DNA from: Octopus bimaculoides
Taxonomy: Eukaryota
Assembly: GCF_001194135.2 (NCBI RefSeq)
Contig: NC_068991.1
Coordinates: 56,334,238 to 56,398,237, forward strand
DNA length: 64,000 nucleotides
Reading direction: 5' to 3'
A model generated the notes under the pieces. The model was not told the DNA's origin. It searched no databases and was given only the letters and a program-made list of their open reading frames with translations. Made by a program: the position numbers and the translations under genes. The first letter of the stretch is position 1. The number at the start of each line of letters is the position of its first letter. Positions 40,920-53,114 of the stretch are shown here, piece by piece.

Positions 40920-41130
40920 CATTATATCTTTTATCTTTGTTCTTCTTTTACTTGTTTCAGTCATTGGACAGCGGTCATGGTGGGGCACCGCCTTGATAGG
41001 TTTAGTCGAACAAACCGATACCAATATTAGTACTTATTGTATCGGCCAGTTTTGTCGAGCAGCTAAGTTACAGCGACGCAAACAAAAGCAAAACCAGTTT
41101 TCAAGTGGTAGAGGTGGGGGACAAACACGC
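40920..41130 (-). mobile_element. Family A CORE-SINE 3' half
   Basis: Family-A tail and body. An opposite-orientation 3' half lies at ~41620-41815 across the gap. Confidence 0.7.
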
Positions 41131-41150
41131 GCAGACAGACAGACAGACAG

Positions 41151-41184
<34 letters not shown>

Positions 41185-41595
41185 AGATACACACGTATAT
41201 ATACATAAGTATGTATGTATATATATGTACGTATGTATGTATATATGTATGTGTATATATATGTATGTGTGTGTCTGTATATATATAGAGAGAGAGAGAG
41301 AGGGGAGAGGGAGAGAGAGAGAAGGGNNNNNNNNNNNNNNNNNNNNNNNNNNNNNNNNNNNNNNNNNNNNNNNNNNNNNNNNNNNNNNNNNNNNNNNNNN
41401 NNNNNNNNNNNNNNNNNNNNNNNNNNNNNNNNNNNNNNNNNNNNNNNNNNNNNNNNNNNNNNNNNNNNNNNNNNNNNNNNNNNNNNNNNNNNNNNNNNNN
41501 NNNNNNNNNNNNNNNNNNNNNNNNNNNNNNNNNNNNNNNNNNNNNNNNNNNNNNNNNNNNNNNGTGTGTGTGTGTGTGTGCGTGTGCGTGCGTGC

Positions 41596-41635
<40 letters not shown>

Positions 41636-42389
41636 ACCCCACCGCTGCTTAACAATCCCTGTTGGTTTGCTTAAGTCCTCGGAGCTTAGCAGTTCGACGT
41701 AAAATCACGTAGAAAAAGTGCAAAACTTACAAAAATTAACTTCTTGGGTCTAAACTCTTTAATACAATGCCCCAACATGGTCGCAGCTCAGTGACCATCA
41801 CAAGTTAAAAAGAGGAAAAAGAAAATATATAAGAGCAGCTGTTGGCTAACCTCTAACTATAGATTTGTAACTCCATCAGCCTTAATACACATCAATTGCT
41901 ATTCCTTGAGAAAATATGGTATAGCTTCTTCAGAAATGCAGCTGTACATAAGAGCACAAACGGTAAATAAAGTCTAGAGACTGCACAAGTAAATTCAAAA
42001 GATTAGTCAGGAATTGTTACTGTAAGTATATATGTATGCATTCATTGAATGCTGTAAAGTACAAACTTATTGAATGAATAATCTTATAAATTTCAGCAGA
42101 ATTCATAAATGTTTATTAAAGTTGAAGGAAAGATTTAATTTTTATTCCTCGGATGCTCAGCCCAGAAGAAAAGAAGTAAGTCCCAGGTAAGCCGCATCCC
42201 TAATATAGTTTCCAGACATACGTGCCTTTCTCACAATTGTGCAGCTGTTTCTGTCTTAGAAACCTATGGGCAGCAGACTAAAACTTCGAAGTTATTGTCA
42301 CACCCCTTCATATAAAAATTTAATACACAGGTTCTCTACTAAAATGTATTGAGTAATTCTTCAGTTTAATGTCAAATTGTGTTTATGCA

Positions 42390-42630
42390 TAAAGGGTAAA
42401 GACCCCCTTCGGTCATGAATCACCGTGAGATTGCACAGAGAAAGTTCCCTCCCGAGGCACAAGTCCGGGCAAGGTTGTGTATAGAAGACCAGCAGTCGCC
42501 CATGCATACCAGCCTCCCTTCTCCACGCTACTGATGGAAAGGCAAACGCCAAAACAGCTTGGCACCAGTGACGTCGCAACTCATTTCAGAGGGAACTGGA
42601 GTAACGTGAAATGAAGTGTCTAGCTCAAGA
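42390..42630 (-). mobile_element. 5'-truncated SINE of a further family
   Basis: Minus strand: CTTGAGCTAGACACTTCATTTCACGTTACTCCAG...CATGACCGAAGGGGGTCTTTACCCTTT. Related head fragments at ~19310-19435 and ~50770-50920. Confidence 0.55.
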
Positions 42631-43254
42631 CAAAAGCAAGTACACATACACGCATGCACGCACGTACGTATATGCATTTGCATATAAATATAGACGTATA
42701 CTGACATGCATACACACACATGCACACTTCCATATGAATATAAGAATATGCTTACAGTGTATAAGCTCCTATCCTTTTCTTTATAAAATCTTATGTGAAC
42801 ATACGCACATGTACCGAGAGACTGAGAAATATACACAAAAGAACGAACATTGTTACTGGTCATATAGCTTAATCATTTACGATCACACGAGAACAACATT
42901 AACCTCCAATACCATCATTTTATGCAAGAAAAAGCTCTTCAGTGTCATTGTAAATCTTCAGGAGGTTTAGAGACATCAAAACATGCACAAAAGCACAACA
43001 ACATAACAGATTCAGAACTGAGACACGTTAGCAATATTTGTGGAAAGTTCTTAACAGAGTCTCCGGACTCAAAAGCCATATATGTTCTCACTTGAGCTCG
43101 AAGTGGTCAAGCTTTGTTTCAGAGCTGACTGCCTATGTAGTCGTTGGTTATGGTCAGTTAGAAAATTACCATTGGTTTCGCGTCTATTGTTGCTCTTAGC
43201 AATATAGATGACTCATCAGAAAAAAACCCCCACCCCATCCACCAAACTACCCAA

Positions 43255-43302
<48 letters not shown>

Positions 43303-43305
<3 letters not shown>

Positions 43306-43946
43306 TGGCGACACTGGCACTCGGGTTGTTCGGGCTTAGCCCGAGTATAAATTTAGTGAACGTGTATTTGCAAGCTGATTTAATTTCTGCCAATACTGAC
43401 TTCACGTATGTAATTGCAGCCATTAACTCGGGCTCCTTTTATTGAGCCTGGTCGCAGTTCATTTATTTTCGTTCAGCGTCTGGTAGTCGTCTTAGAGGTG
43501 TCCTATGTCAAAAAATATCGTTCGTAGCAGACGTTCTCTCGACATCGTTCATACGCGCCTGACTCAGGCTCAGAATTTACAGCCCGAGTTGTTATCTATA
43601 ATCGTAAAAATCAAAAGTAATTCAAATTCAATGTTTTCTTGAAACAATAACAATCTATAGAGATTAGGATTGAAATTCCAATCTATGAAAAGTTTCATAT
43701 ATTCATAAGAATATTCAAAATATTCTTAAAGGAACGAAAAATTATCCAGCAACTCGGGCTAATGCGAACGAGTGTGGTAGGTGTAAAAGACTAAGTGGTA
43801 TCTATTATCAAGAGAACAGGCGACTGTGAGATCGCTGATGTTTGTTGTGCACTCCGCTGTCGTTATTTGATTGCTGTTATTCTGTGCGTCTGTGTGTAAA
43901 GATCAGTTGTATTTTGCAGGATTGCTTTATTTTTACTCGGAGAAAG

Positions 43947-43948
<2 letters not shown>
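43303..43948 (+). mobile_element. Left end of hAT (Tip100-like) transposon, copy 2
   Basis: CAGTGGCGAC start, highly similar to 10802-11448, bounded by (TA)n on both sides. Confidence 0.6.
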
Positions 43949-43988
<40 letters not shown>

Positions 43989-44159
43989 TCAGTTTCTGGT
44001 ACGTATAGAAAGTAAGAAGAAAGAGTGAGAATGAGAAGTACCTGATAACAATATTAAAGAAACATGAGGTATGAATATGTAATAGTGAAGAAGCATGAGA
44101 TAACGGCGGACACGTAAGTAAAGCAGTAAGTAAACTATATTAATATATTCGTGTATAAG

Positions 44160-44285
44160 GCAAACTGGCAGAATCGTGAGTACACCGGGTAAAACGCTTA
44201 GCGGCATTTGTACCGGGTTGTACTTACTGAGTTCAAATTTCGCCGAGGTCGACGTTTCCTTTCATCCTTTCGGGGTCGATAAAAT
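44160..44285 (+). mobile_element. Family B Nin-domain SINE, tail missing
   Basis: CTGGCAGAATCGT...GAGTTCAAATTTCGCCGAGGTCGAC...TCATCCTTTCGGGGTCGATAAAAT. Confidence 0.75.
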
Positions 44286-44291
44286 ATATAA

Positions 44292-45339
44292 CAGTGGTTC
44301 CCTACCGGGGTCTATGTAAGATTTTGTGGATCTTTGGGGTTTGACGGGCAACATTTGTTTTCTTAACGAAACACTTTCAAACTTGGGACACTGGTAGAAT
44401 GTGTCATATAAAACAACTTCTTCTCTTAACTTTCGTAACAAAATTTTGTACATCGCAAGTTATTTCATGTTAAAGTTGTCGTATTTCTGTAATTTCAACC
44501 AATCACTGACGTCTATTCAGCTGAATACATTTACTGCTGTTTTCTAAACAGTAGCTTTTGACTGGTAAGGAAAATGTTATTCCCCTGACATATTTCATCC
44601 GGTTTAATCGTAATTTATACGCATATATTGTTTATATAATAAATTACGCTGTGCGTATCTGTGTGTGTATATTTTTCTCATAACCTCACTCATAACCCTA
44701 ACCCTAANNNNNNNNNNNNNNNNNNNNNNNNNNNNNNNNNNNNNNNNNNNNNNNNNNNNNNNNNNNNNNNNNNNNNNNNNNNNNNNNNNNNNNNNNNNNN
44801 NNNNNNNNNNNNNNNNNNNNNNNNNNNNNNNNNNNAGTGCAGGCAATATTCAAGTATTTTGATGGCTTTTCCCCTTTGTTTACGAACAGTCTAGTTAATC
44901 GGAAATGTCAGAACTAACGGGGATTAATACCATATACACCGTTACAGCACTTACTGTTTTCAACTGAATAGACGTCAGTGATTAGTTGAAATTATCGAAA
45001 TAAGACAATTTTTAACGTGAAATAACTTCGAATACAAAATTTATTATCTGTTCTATACCACAAAATATACAAGTATACGAAGTTTGAAAGTGTTTCGGTA
45101 CCAAAACACTACATAAAAAAATGTTGCCCGTCAAATCACAAAGGTCCGATTTTGTTGCTAAAATTTACATGCAATAAATTGGTTATACTTCTACAGTATA
45201 CAAATATTTTGATACAATTTCTTATGTTTAATTATACAAATATAATAGAATTTTTTAAAATAACGAATGGGTATGAGGGCTTACCCAACTAAATTGGAAT
45301 CATATGAGTCCATAAGCCAAAAGTGGTTGGGAACCACTG
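44292..45339 (+). mobile_element. hAT/Charlie-type MITE hosting a nested element
   Basis: TIRs CAGTGGTTCCCTACC / GGTTGGGAACCACTG. Removing 44328-45155 restores a sequence collinear with the 28040 copy. Confidence 0.8.
44328..45147 (+). mobile_element. Merlin-like non-autonomous DNA transposon with internal (CCCTAA)n
   Basis: 29-bp TIRs GGATCTTTGGGGTTTGACGGGCAACATTT / AAATGTTGCCCGTCAAATCACAAAGGTCC (3 mismatches), perfect 8-bp TSD GATTTTGT (44320-44327, 45148-45155), and TAACCCTAACCCTAA at ~44693-44707 running into a gap. Confidence 0.8.
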
Positions 45340-45944
45340 ATTTATATCATCATATATAATATATAATGCTGTAGGTTAATTTGGCGAAGAAGGATTTCAC
45401 TTAACTGACTCGTTGGAGAAACATGAAGATCTCAAGTTGTCAAGAGGTCACCTTACAAGCGTGGTGATTTATGGGACTCGCTCTGTAGAGAAGTAAACGA
45501 CTGGAATGGGAGTACAAGATTTATAACTAGTTGGTTCTCCGTTTTGTGTTTTCACAAACCAACGACCTACATTGATGAGGGATTATCCATCGGATTTGAA
45601 TTTCACTGTAAACAACGTGAACACCTGTTGTGATTAACTTTCACCTGATTTTTCTATCCACCAAGGAAGACACCTGTGACAAAATTTGGTCTCCTTTGAT
45701 GATATTTTCGTTGCTTCAACGTGTTGTTCGTTAAGTGGACGGACGCACCTGAGTAATTCCGTTAGAGAGGAGACTACCGCAAAAGCAGTAAAACGTGGGA
45801 GTTCTTGACGAGTGTTAAACACTAGAGTTTATGACGTCACTTTGTCATCACTACCCGTATGTTCCTTTTGCATGTTTTGTTGTATCTCGGGAGGGCCATT
45901 AGGCCAACATACGCACTGGCCCAGTTTTACTGCTTTTAAACTTG

Positions 45945-46345
45945 TTAGCACGTTGGAGAAAATGCCTAGTGATATTTCCTCTGGCTCTTTACGTTCTGAG
46001 TTCAAATTCCGCCGAGGTCGATTTTGCTTCTCATCCTTGTGGGGTAAACATAATCAGTAGTCTAGCACTGGGGTTGAGGGAATCAGTTATCCCCCGCCCC
46101 GCCGCCAAATTTCAGGCCTTGTTTCTATAGTAGAAAAGATTTGAGCGGCAAGCTGGCGGAATCGTTAGCACACCAGTTAAAATGCCTTAGCTGCATTTCG
46201 TTCGTCTCAGTATTGGGTTCAAATGCAGCTGACGTCGACTTTGCTTTATATTCTTTCGGAGTCGATGAAATAAGTACCAGTTGAGCACTAGGGTCGATGC
46301 TGTTGTATAGCACTGCCCACCAAAGTTTCAGACCTCATGCCTATA
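45945..46345 (+). mobile_element. Two tandem family B Nin-domain SINEs
   Basis: Two GAGTTCAAAT/GGGTTCAAAT..GTCGA.TTTGC..CTTT cores, each ending GCC.T.T.CTATAGTA.AAA. Confidence 0.7.
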
Positions 46346-46364
46346 GTAAAAATAATAATTATTT

Positions 46365-46580
46365 ACTCTTACTCTTTTATTTGTTTCAGTCATTTGACTG
46401 CGGCCATGCTGGAGCACCGTCTTTAGTCGAGCAAATCGACCCCGGGACTTATTCTTTGGATGCCTAGTACTTACTCTATCTTTTGCCGAACCGCTAAGTT
46501 ACGGGGACATAAACACACCAGCATCGGTTGTCAAGCGATGTTGGGGGAACAAACACAGACACACAAACATATACACACAC

Positions 46581-46623
<43 letters not shown>

Positions 46624-46875
46624 NNNNNNNNNNNNNNNNNNNNNNNNNNNNNNNNNNNNNNNNNNNNNNNNNNNNNNNNNNNNNNNNNNNNNNNNNNNNN
46701 NNNNNTATATACATATATACGACGGGCTTCTTTCAGTTTCCGTCTACCAAATCCACTCACAAGGCTTTGGTCGACCCGAGTAGAAGACACTTGCCCAAGG
46801 TGCCACGCAGTGGGAATGAACCCGGAACCATGTGGTTCGTAAGCAAACTACTTACCACACAGCCACTCCTGCGCC
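46365..46875 (-). mobile_element. Family A CORE-SINE, full length, N-gap within its internal (TA)n
   Basis: Tail (TACTCTT)n through to head CCACACAGCCACTCCTGCGCCT. Confidence 0.9.
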
Positions 46876-47294
46876 TATTTGTAATTTTTTAATTATTTAA
46901 ACATTTAGCTAATCGATTGTTTAAAACATTCGGTCAATCAATTAGTCGGTTAAATTTGTTAGTCATTCGTGACCTCATCAATGATATGACGTCTCTATTC
47001 CAGGTTTTTCGTGGTTTACAACCAGTAAATCGCGAAAGTTGAGGAAACAAGGTGAAGAAACAGTACTCCATCTCTTGCCATCATTGAATCAATTTATAGT
47101 TTTTGTTGATGTTACTGTTGATCTCTTATCTCCACGACTAGTTTTGATCAAACAAACCTATGATTAACGCGTCCCATTCATGACCAATATGTCCACGGTT
47201 ATATTATCCCACCAACGTATACTTCGGTTTTGTAGATTGTAATGGGTGGTTTGAGGAGAATTTGGTTGCTATTTTAAGCAAGTATAAGTACGGG

Positions 47295-47745
47295 TATGGG
47301 TGTGGAGTTAACAAGCTCGCTTTGTAAGCACGTGGTTTCAAGTTCAGTCTCACTACACGACAGCTTGAGTAAATGTCTTCTACTACATCACTGGCCCGAC
47401 CGACGCCTTGTAAAGAAGTTTGGTAGACGGAAACTGTGTGGAAGCCTGTTGTATACATACATATACATACACACACATATATATCTGTATGTGTATGCGC
47501 GTGCGCGTATGTGTGTGCCTTTGTGTGTAACACATCCACACACAAAACATTCGGTCAATCAATCAGTCAGTTTAAAAAATGGTGTTGGTTTGTTTACGTC
47601 CTCGTAACCTAGCATTCGGTAAAAGAGGCGATAGAATAAGTATCAGGCCATAAAAAAAGTACCTGGATACGATTTATTCGACTAAAACCTTTCGAGACGA
47701 CCTCCTGCATGGTCTCAGTCTATTGACTGAAACAAGTTAAAGATA
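47295..47745 (+). mobile_element. Family A CORE-SINE, diverged
   Basis: Head, GGTAGACGGAAACTG, microsatellite, GATAGAATAAGT and tail GACTGAAACAAGTTAAAGATAAAA. Confidence 0.65.
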
Positions 47746-48254
47746 AAAAAAATCTATTGGATTGGTCGAATCGTTAGAGCGTCGAACAAAATGTTTTGCG
47801 CTATTTGTTCCAGCTTTTTACGTTCTACATTCAAATTCTATGATCATTATTTATGGCATGTCATTGATGAGGTCGCTAATAGCGAGAAAGGACTTTGACA
47901 GACAAACAACCAATTAGTTGATTAACCAAAACATTAAACGAACGATCAATTAGTTATTTGGTTAAATATTTTACCGAACGACTAACAATAAAGAAGTGAT
48001 GTTCAACCAAGGTGTGTCTTAATATTGGCGTAATGACCGTCCCAAGACAACAATATTTTTTATGGTGTTATAAATAAATCAAATATTTTCTCCTGTGAAC
48101 CTCTAACCCCGTCACTTTATTAAATCAAGCAACCGGCTCGGTTTAATCTATTGCTACTCTCTTTAAAATTTATGGACGTTGTAAACCCTGTCATAAAAAT
48201 ATTTTACAAATAATTTATATACAAATGGGTTTTTTATGTACTTTTTATACCTTC

Positions 48255-48548
48255 TGTCTTTTTATCTTTTACATGTCTCAGGCTTCAGTCATTCAACTTC
48301 GGCCATGCTGGGGCATTGCCTTGAAGGGTTTAGTCAAACAAATCGACCGCAGTATTAATGATTTAAAAAAAAAATCTGGTACTTATTCTATCAGTTTTCT
48401 TTCGCCGAACAGCTACGTTACGGGTTGTAAACAAACCAACATCGATTGTCAAGCGGTAGTGGTGGGGAACAAACCCAAACATAAATACAAAGATGCAGAT
48501 ACGCGCACACACATATACTCATTCACACTCATATACATACACACGTAG

Positions 48549-48594
<46 letters not shown>

Positions 48595-48604
48595 NNNNNN
48601 NNNN

Positions 48605-48643
<39 letters not shown>

Positions 48644-48880
48644 ATACACACTCACACATACTCACTCACACTCACGTACACACGCAGACACACATACACT
48701 TATACACACTCACTCGCACACACACACACACACTCACACACACGTATACGACGGGCTTCTTTCAGTTTCCGTCAACCAAAATTCACTCACAAGGCATTGG
48801 TCGGCGTGGGGGCTTCAGTAGTAGACAATTGCCCAAGGTGCCCTTCAGGTGGGACTGAACCATAAACCATGCGGTTGCGA
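48255..48880 (-). mobile_element. Family A CORE-SINE with expanded internal (CA)n
   Basis: Tail at ~48260-48320 and head at ~48770-48880. Confidence 0.8.
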
Positions 48881-49419
48881 AGCGAATTTCAAAATCAAAC
48901 TGCTTCTTCTTAATGAAACTCGCTGATATTGTGTGTTTTCTTTTCACATTATGTTTTCCAGCTGCTACCCCTCTGGCGAATCCCGACATCCTTATTCTTC
49001 CCCTTATTCTTATTTTCATTATAGGTTCCGCTATAGCCGTGTAATTCAGATAGGGCGAATAATTCCTGCCATTTGACCTGCCTATCAAGTCCTCACTTCA
49101 GAGATATGGCTCAATTAACACGGAACGGATCAGTCAAGCGGAACGAAGTGCGTGTATTCGTATATGCGTGTGTGAAAACCTATTTTTGTGTAAAGCATGT
49201 ATATAAGCGCGTGTGCGTGTGTATGTTTGCTTGTGCGTATATGGGTCTGTGAGTGAGCATGTGTTAGTGTGTGTGTGTGTGTGGGGGGGATTGAAACAGA
49301 GGCGGGACACGTCCGGCATGGCATACTAGATTCTCAGTCAAGCGAAACCTCTCACCTAAACAGACTACCACTCACCTAGTCTCACTACAACGACGACAAC
49401 CTCAACAATGATACACCCG

Positions 49420-49634
49420 CCATCACTTTACAACTACCACTATCACAATCACGACCACCACTACCACCACCACTACTGCTACTACTACTACTACTACAAT
49501 GATGACGACGACCGCCACCACCACCACCACCACCACCATCACCTCCACGACTACCACAACTACTACCAACATCACCACCACCACCACTACCGCAAACATA
49601 TCTCCATGTCATACCAATAGTAAAACGAATAATT

Positions 49635-49678
<44 letters not shown>

Positions 49679-49764
49679 GTCACCACTATTGCTGCTGCTG
49701 GTGCTACTACTACTACTACTACCACTACCAGTACTACTACTGTTGCTGCTGCTGCTACTACTAT

Positions 49765-49842
<78 letters not shown>

Positions 49843-49850
49843 TGCTGCTG
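49420..49850. repeat. Compound trinucleotide repeat (CAC/CTA/CTG)n
   Basis: Directly visible. Similar triplet fields at 50150-50210 (ATT), 53580-53715 (GTT) and 60330-60755 (GGT/AGT). Confidence 0.95.
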
Positions 49851-50006
49851 CTTGGTAAGGCAGTGAGTTAGCAGAAGCGTCAGAGAGCGAATCGCATCCT
49901 TCCATTTGTACTCCGAGTCCAACGTGTGTCAAATAGCTTCAGTTTCAGTTCCACTTTGCAGACACCTCGGAAAAAGTGCCTTCAACTATATATACATATG
50001 GTCTCC

Positions 50007-50050
<44 letters not shown>

Positions 50051-50153
50051 ATTTAGGACAATCAGTAAGTTGTCATTATAATACTCGGAGTTTCGAATGT
50101 CGGAGCGAAGAGCTACGATATATTCTCGTCGACTTTTTGCTGTCACTTTTTAC

Positions 50154-50217
<64 letters not shown>

Positions 50218-51029
50218 TATAAATATATATATATATNNNNNNNNNNNNNNNNNNNNNNNNNNNNNNNNNNNNNNNNNNNNNNNNNNNNNNNNNNNNNNNN
50301 NNNNNNNNNNNNNNNNNNNNNNNNNNNNNNNNNNNNNNNNNNNNNNNNNNNNNNNNNNNNNNNNNNNNNNNNNNNNNNNNNNNNNNNNNNNNNNNNNNNN
50401 NNNNNNNNNNNNNNNNNNNNNNNNNNNNNNNNNNNNNNNNNNNNNNNNNNNNNNNNNNNNNNNNNNNNNNNNNNNNNNNNNNNNNNNNNNNNNNNNNNNN
50501 NNNNNNNNNNNNNNNNNNNNNNNNNNATATATATATATATATAAGTTCAAAAAGAAACACAAAAGACAATAACAAAAAAACAACAAAGTGAGGACGTGAT
50601 ACGGATAGTGTTATTGGACGCTCGGGAAAGGAAAGAGATATGGACTCTTTCGTCCAGGACAACGTATGAGCGTTCAGCTTTTCCCAAACGACCTGCACAT
50701 ATGATTTGTTTATATGTGTAGTATATTAGCTCCCTCTCTCCATCAAATCGACGTAACTTGAACAAATGCCCGGTGTACCATACGCATCAAGTATCGAAGT
50801 GATCGCAGAGCAACGTAAGATGAAGTGATTCGGTCAAGAACATAACGCATCACCCGTCCTAGGAACTGAAATTACGATCTCGCGATCGTGAATGCAACAA
50901 CTTAACAACTAGGCCACCATATATATATAGCGATATAAACACGAGTGCATATATGCACCACAGATCCATGTGAAAAGTTCTCTCGTGGTAAATAACGCAG
51001 TATTCCGTACTCTGACACAGTGTCCACTT

Positions 51030-51265
51030 TTAAGCGATGATAAATGTAATCAGCAATTGCAGCGTGGAAAGTGTTTATAAGCCATTTAAAAATACAAAAA
51101 CCGTTAGATTTACTTCAACATTTAAATTTAATTTGTGTCAAAATATTTTTGTCGCTTTGAAACCGTGATCTGCTCACTGACAAAATTTCGTGCAGCACGA
51201 AATTTTGTCAGTGAACGCCTTCCACACTGCAATTGCTTTTGTTTCAGCACACGATCTCACATCAA
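51030..51265. repeat. Foldback element with a perfect 41-bp palindrome
   Basis: TCACTGACAAAATTTCGTGC-A-GCACGAAATTTTGTCAGTGA (51174-51214), plus an outer imperfect IR GCAATTGCAGCGTGGAAAGTGTT / AACGCCTTCCACACTGCAATTGC. Confidence 0.85.
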
Positions 51266-51274
51266 GTCACTTGC

Positions 51275-52075
51275 GGATCTTTTTTAAAACGGGGGCCACA
51301 GTATTTTCTTAACGAAACACTTTGAAACTTGGAACACTGGTAGAATGTGTCATATAAAACATCTTTTTCTCTTAGTCTTCTTAAAATAAAAGAAATCCCT
51401 AAGTTATTCCATGTTAAAGTTGTCGTATTTCTGTAATTTCAACCAATCACTGACGTCCATTCAGCCGATATACATTAAGTGCCGACTACATAAACAAACG
51501 ATTCTGAAACAATTCTATCGGTGATAAAATTATTATTTCCTTGTCAAAAAATGGCTGAAGCATATTGGCAGTAGCTAATAAACCTTTCTATTATAGGCTA
51601 ACCCTAACCCTACGGTTAGGGTTAGGGTTAAGGTTAGGGTAAAACAGCAAATTTAAAAAGAAAAAAGCAAATAAAACGAAGAAAAANNNNNNNNNNGGGC
51701 CACAGTATTTTCTTAACGAAACACTTTGAAACTTGGAACACTGGTAGAATGTGTCATATAAAACATCTTTTTCTCTTAGTCTTCTTAAAATAAAAGAAAT
51801 CCCTAAGTTATTCCATGTTAAAGTTGTCGTATTTCTGTAATTTCAACCAATCACTGACGTCCATTCAGCCGATATACATTAAGTGCCGACTACATAAACA
51901 AACGATTCTGAAACAATTCTATCGGTGATAAAATTATTATTTCCTTGTCAAAAAATGGCTGAAGCATATTGGCAGTAGCTAATAAACCTTTCTATTATAG
52001 GCTAACCCTAACCCTACGGTTAGGGTTAGGGTTAAGGTTAGGGTAAAACAGCAAATTTAAAAAGAAAAAAGCAAA
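51275..52075 (+). mobile_element. Second Merlin-like family member with inverted telomeric arrays; assembled twice around a 10-N gap
   Basis: Starts GGATCTTT like 44328 and shares the TTTTCTTAACGAAACACTTT...CAACCAATCACTGACGTC body. Contains TAACCCTAACCCTA-CGG-TTAGGGTTAGGGTTAAGGTTAGGG. No right TIR seen. Confidence 0.7.
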
Positions 52076-52104
52076 TAAAACGAAGAAAAAAAAAAGAAAA
52101 TGAA

Positions 52105-52995
52105 AAAAGCTTCCCAAGCACATGGTTCCGGGTTCAGACCCACTGCGTGGCACCTTGGGCAAACGTCTTCTACTATAGCCTCGGGCCGACCAAAGTCTTG
52201 TGAGTGGATTTGGTAGACGGAAACTGAAAGAAGTTCGTCGTATACATACATACACCCCCACATATATGTGTGAGTATGTGTGTATGTGTGTGTGCGAGTG
52301 TCTTTGTGTCTGCTTGTCTCCTACTATCGCTTGACAACCGGTGTTGGTGTGTTTACGTCCCCTGTAATATAGTGGTTCGGCAAAGGTGTCCGATAAAAAC
52401 AAAAGTTCTGGGATTGATTTGTTCGACCACAAATTCTTCAAGGCGGTGCCCCAGCGTGACCGCAGTCTTATGACTGAAACTAGCAAGAGATAAACGATAA
52501 AAGCTCTATTGGCTCAGGGTCGCCCACTGTAGCATAGTGCTGGGATGGTTGTGGTTTGAGTCACTGTCTTCAATTTTCTTCCAATTGTTTTCAAATTTGG
52601 TATATGAATTAAGTTTTGTATACTAATTATGAAAATGAAAATCATTTTCCCTATAAATTTATAATTAAAAAGTTGGTGTGACTGTGTAGTAAGAAGTTTG
52701 CTTCCCAACTACATGATTCCGGGTTCAGTCCCTCTGCGTGGCACCTAGGACAAGCGTCTTCTACTATAGCCTATAGCCTCNNNNNNNNNNTATATTTGTG
52801 TGTGTGTCTGTGTTTGTCCCCCCACCATCGCTTGACAACCGACGTTGGTGTGTTTACCTCCCAGTAACTTCGTGGTTCGGCAAAAGAGACCGATAGAATA
52901 AGTGCTAGGCCTACAAAGAATAAGTCCTGGGGTCGATTTCTTCGACTAAAGGTGGTGCTCCAGCATGGCCGCAGTCAAATAACTGAAACAAAAAG
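52105..52995 (+). mobile_element. Two family A CORE-SINEs (52105-52500 and 52670-52995)
   Basis: B-box GGTTCAG(A/T)CCC, CORE-like GGCACCT.GG.CAA and tails ending GACTGAAAC. Confidence 0.85.
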
Positions 52996-53114
52996 ACTAG
53001 CCTTTAAAGTTTACAAAATTTGGGTATTTTAGCCTATCGGAAGCGAGTATTTTACACATCACCGCGAAGTTCTATCAGCATAGTAAGTGCTGTGTACTCT
53101 GGACTACAGGACTC

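Noticed and set aside
49499-49858. Poly-Thr mucin-like ORF
   Set aside because: It is a pure CTA/CAC triplet expansion with no splice or signal context; similar tracts recur in the window.
51598-51645. Telomere or ancient chromosome-fusion site
   Set aside because: The arrays are only 2-4 units and are embedded in a dispersed transposon family.
51690-52080. Apparent ~380-bp tandem duplication of the telomere-repeat element
   Set aside because: The copies look identical and are separated by a 10-N spacer, typical of an unmerged contig overlap.
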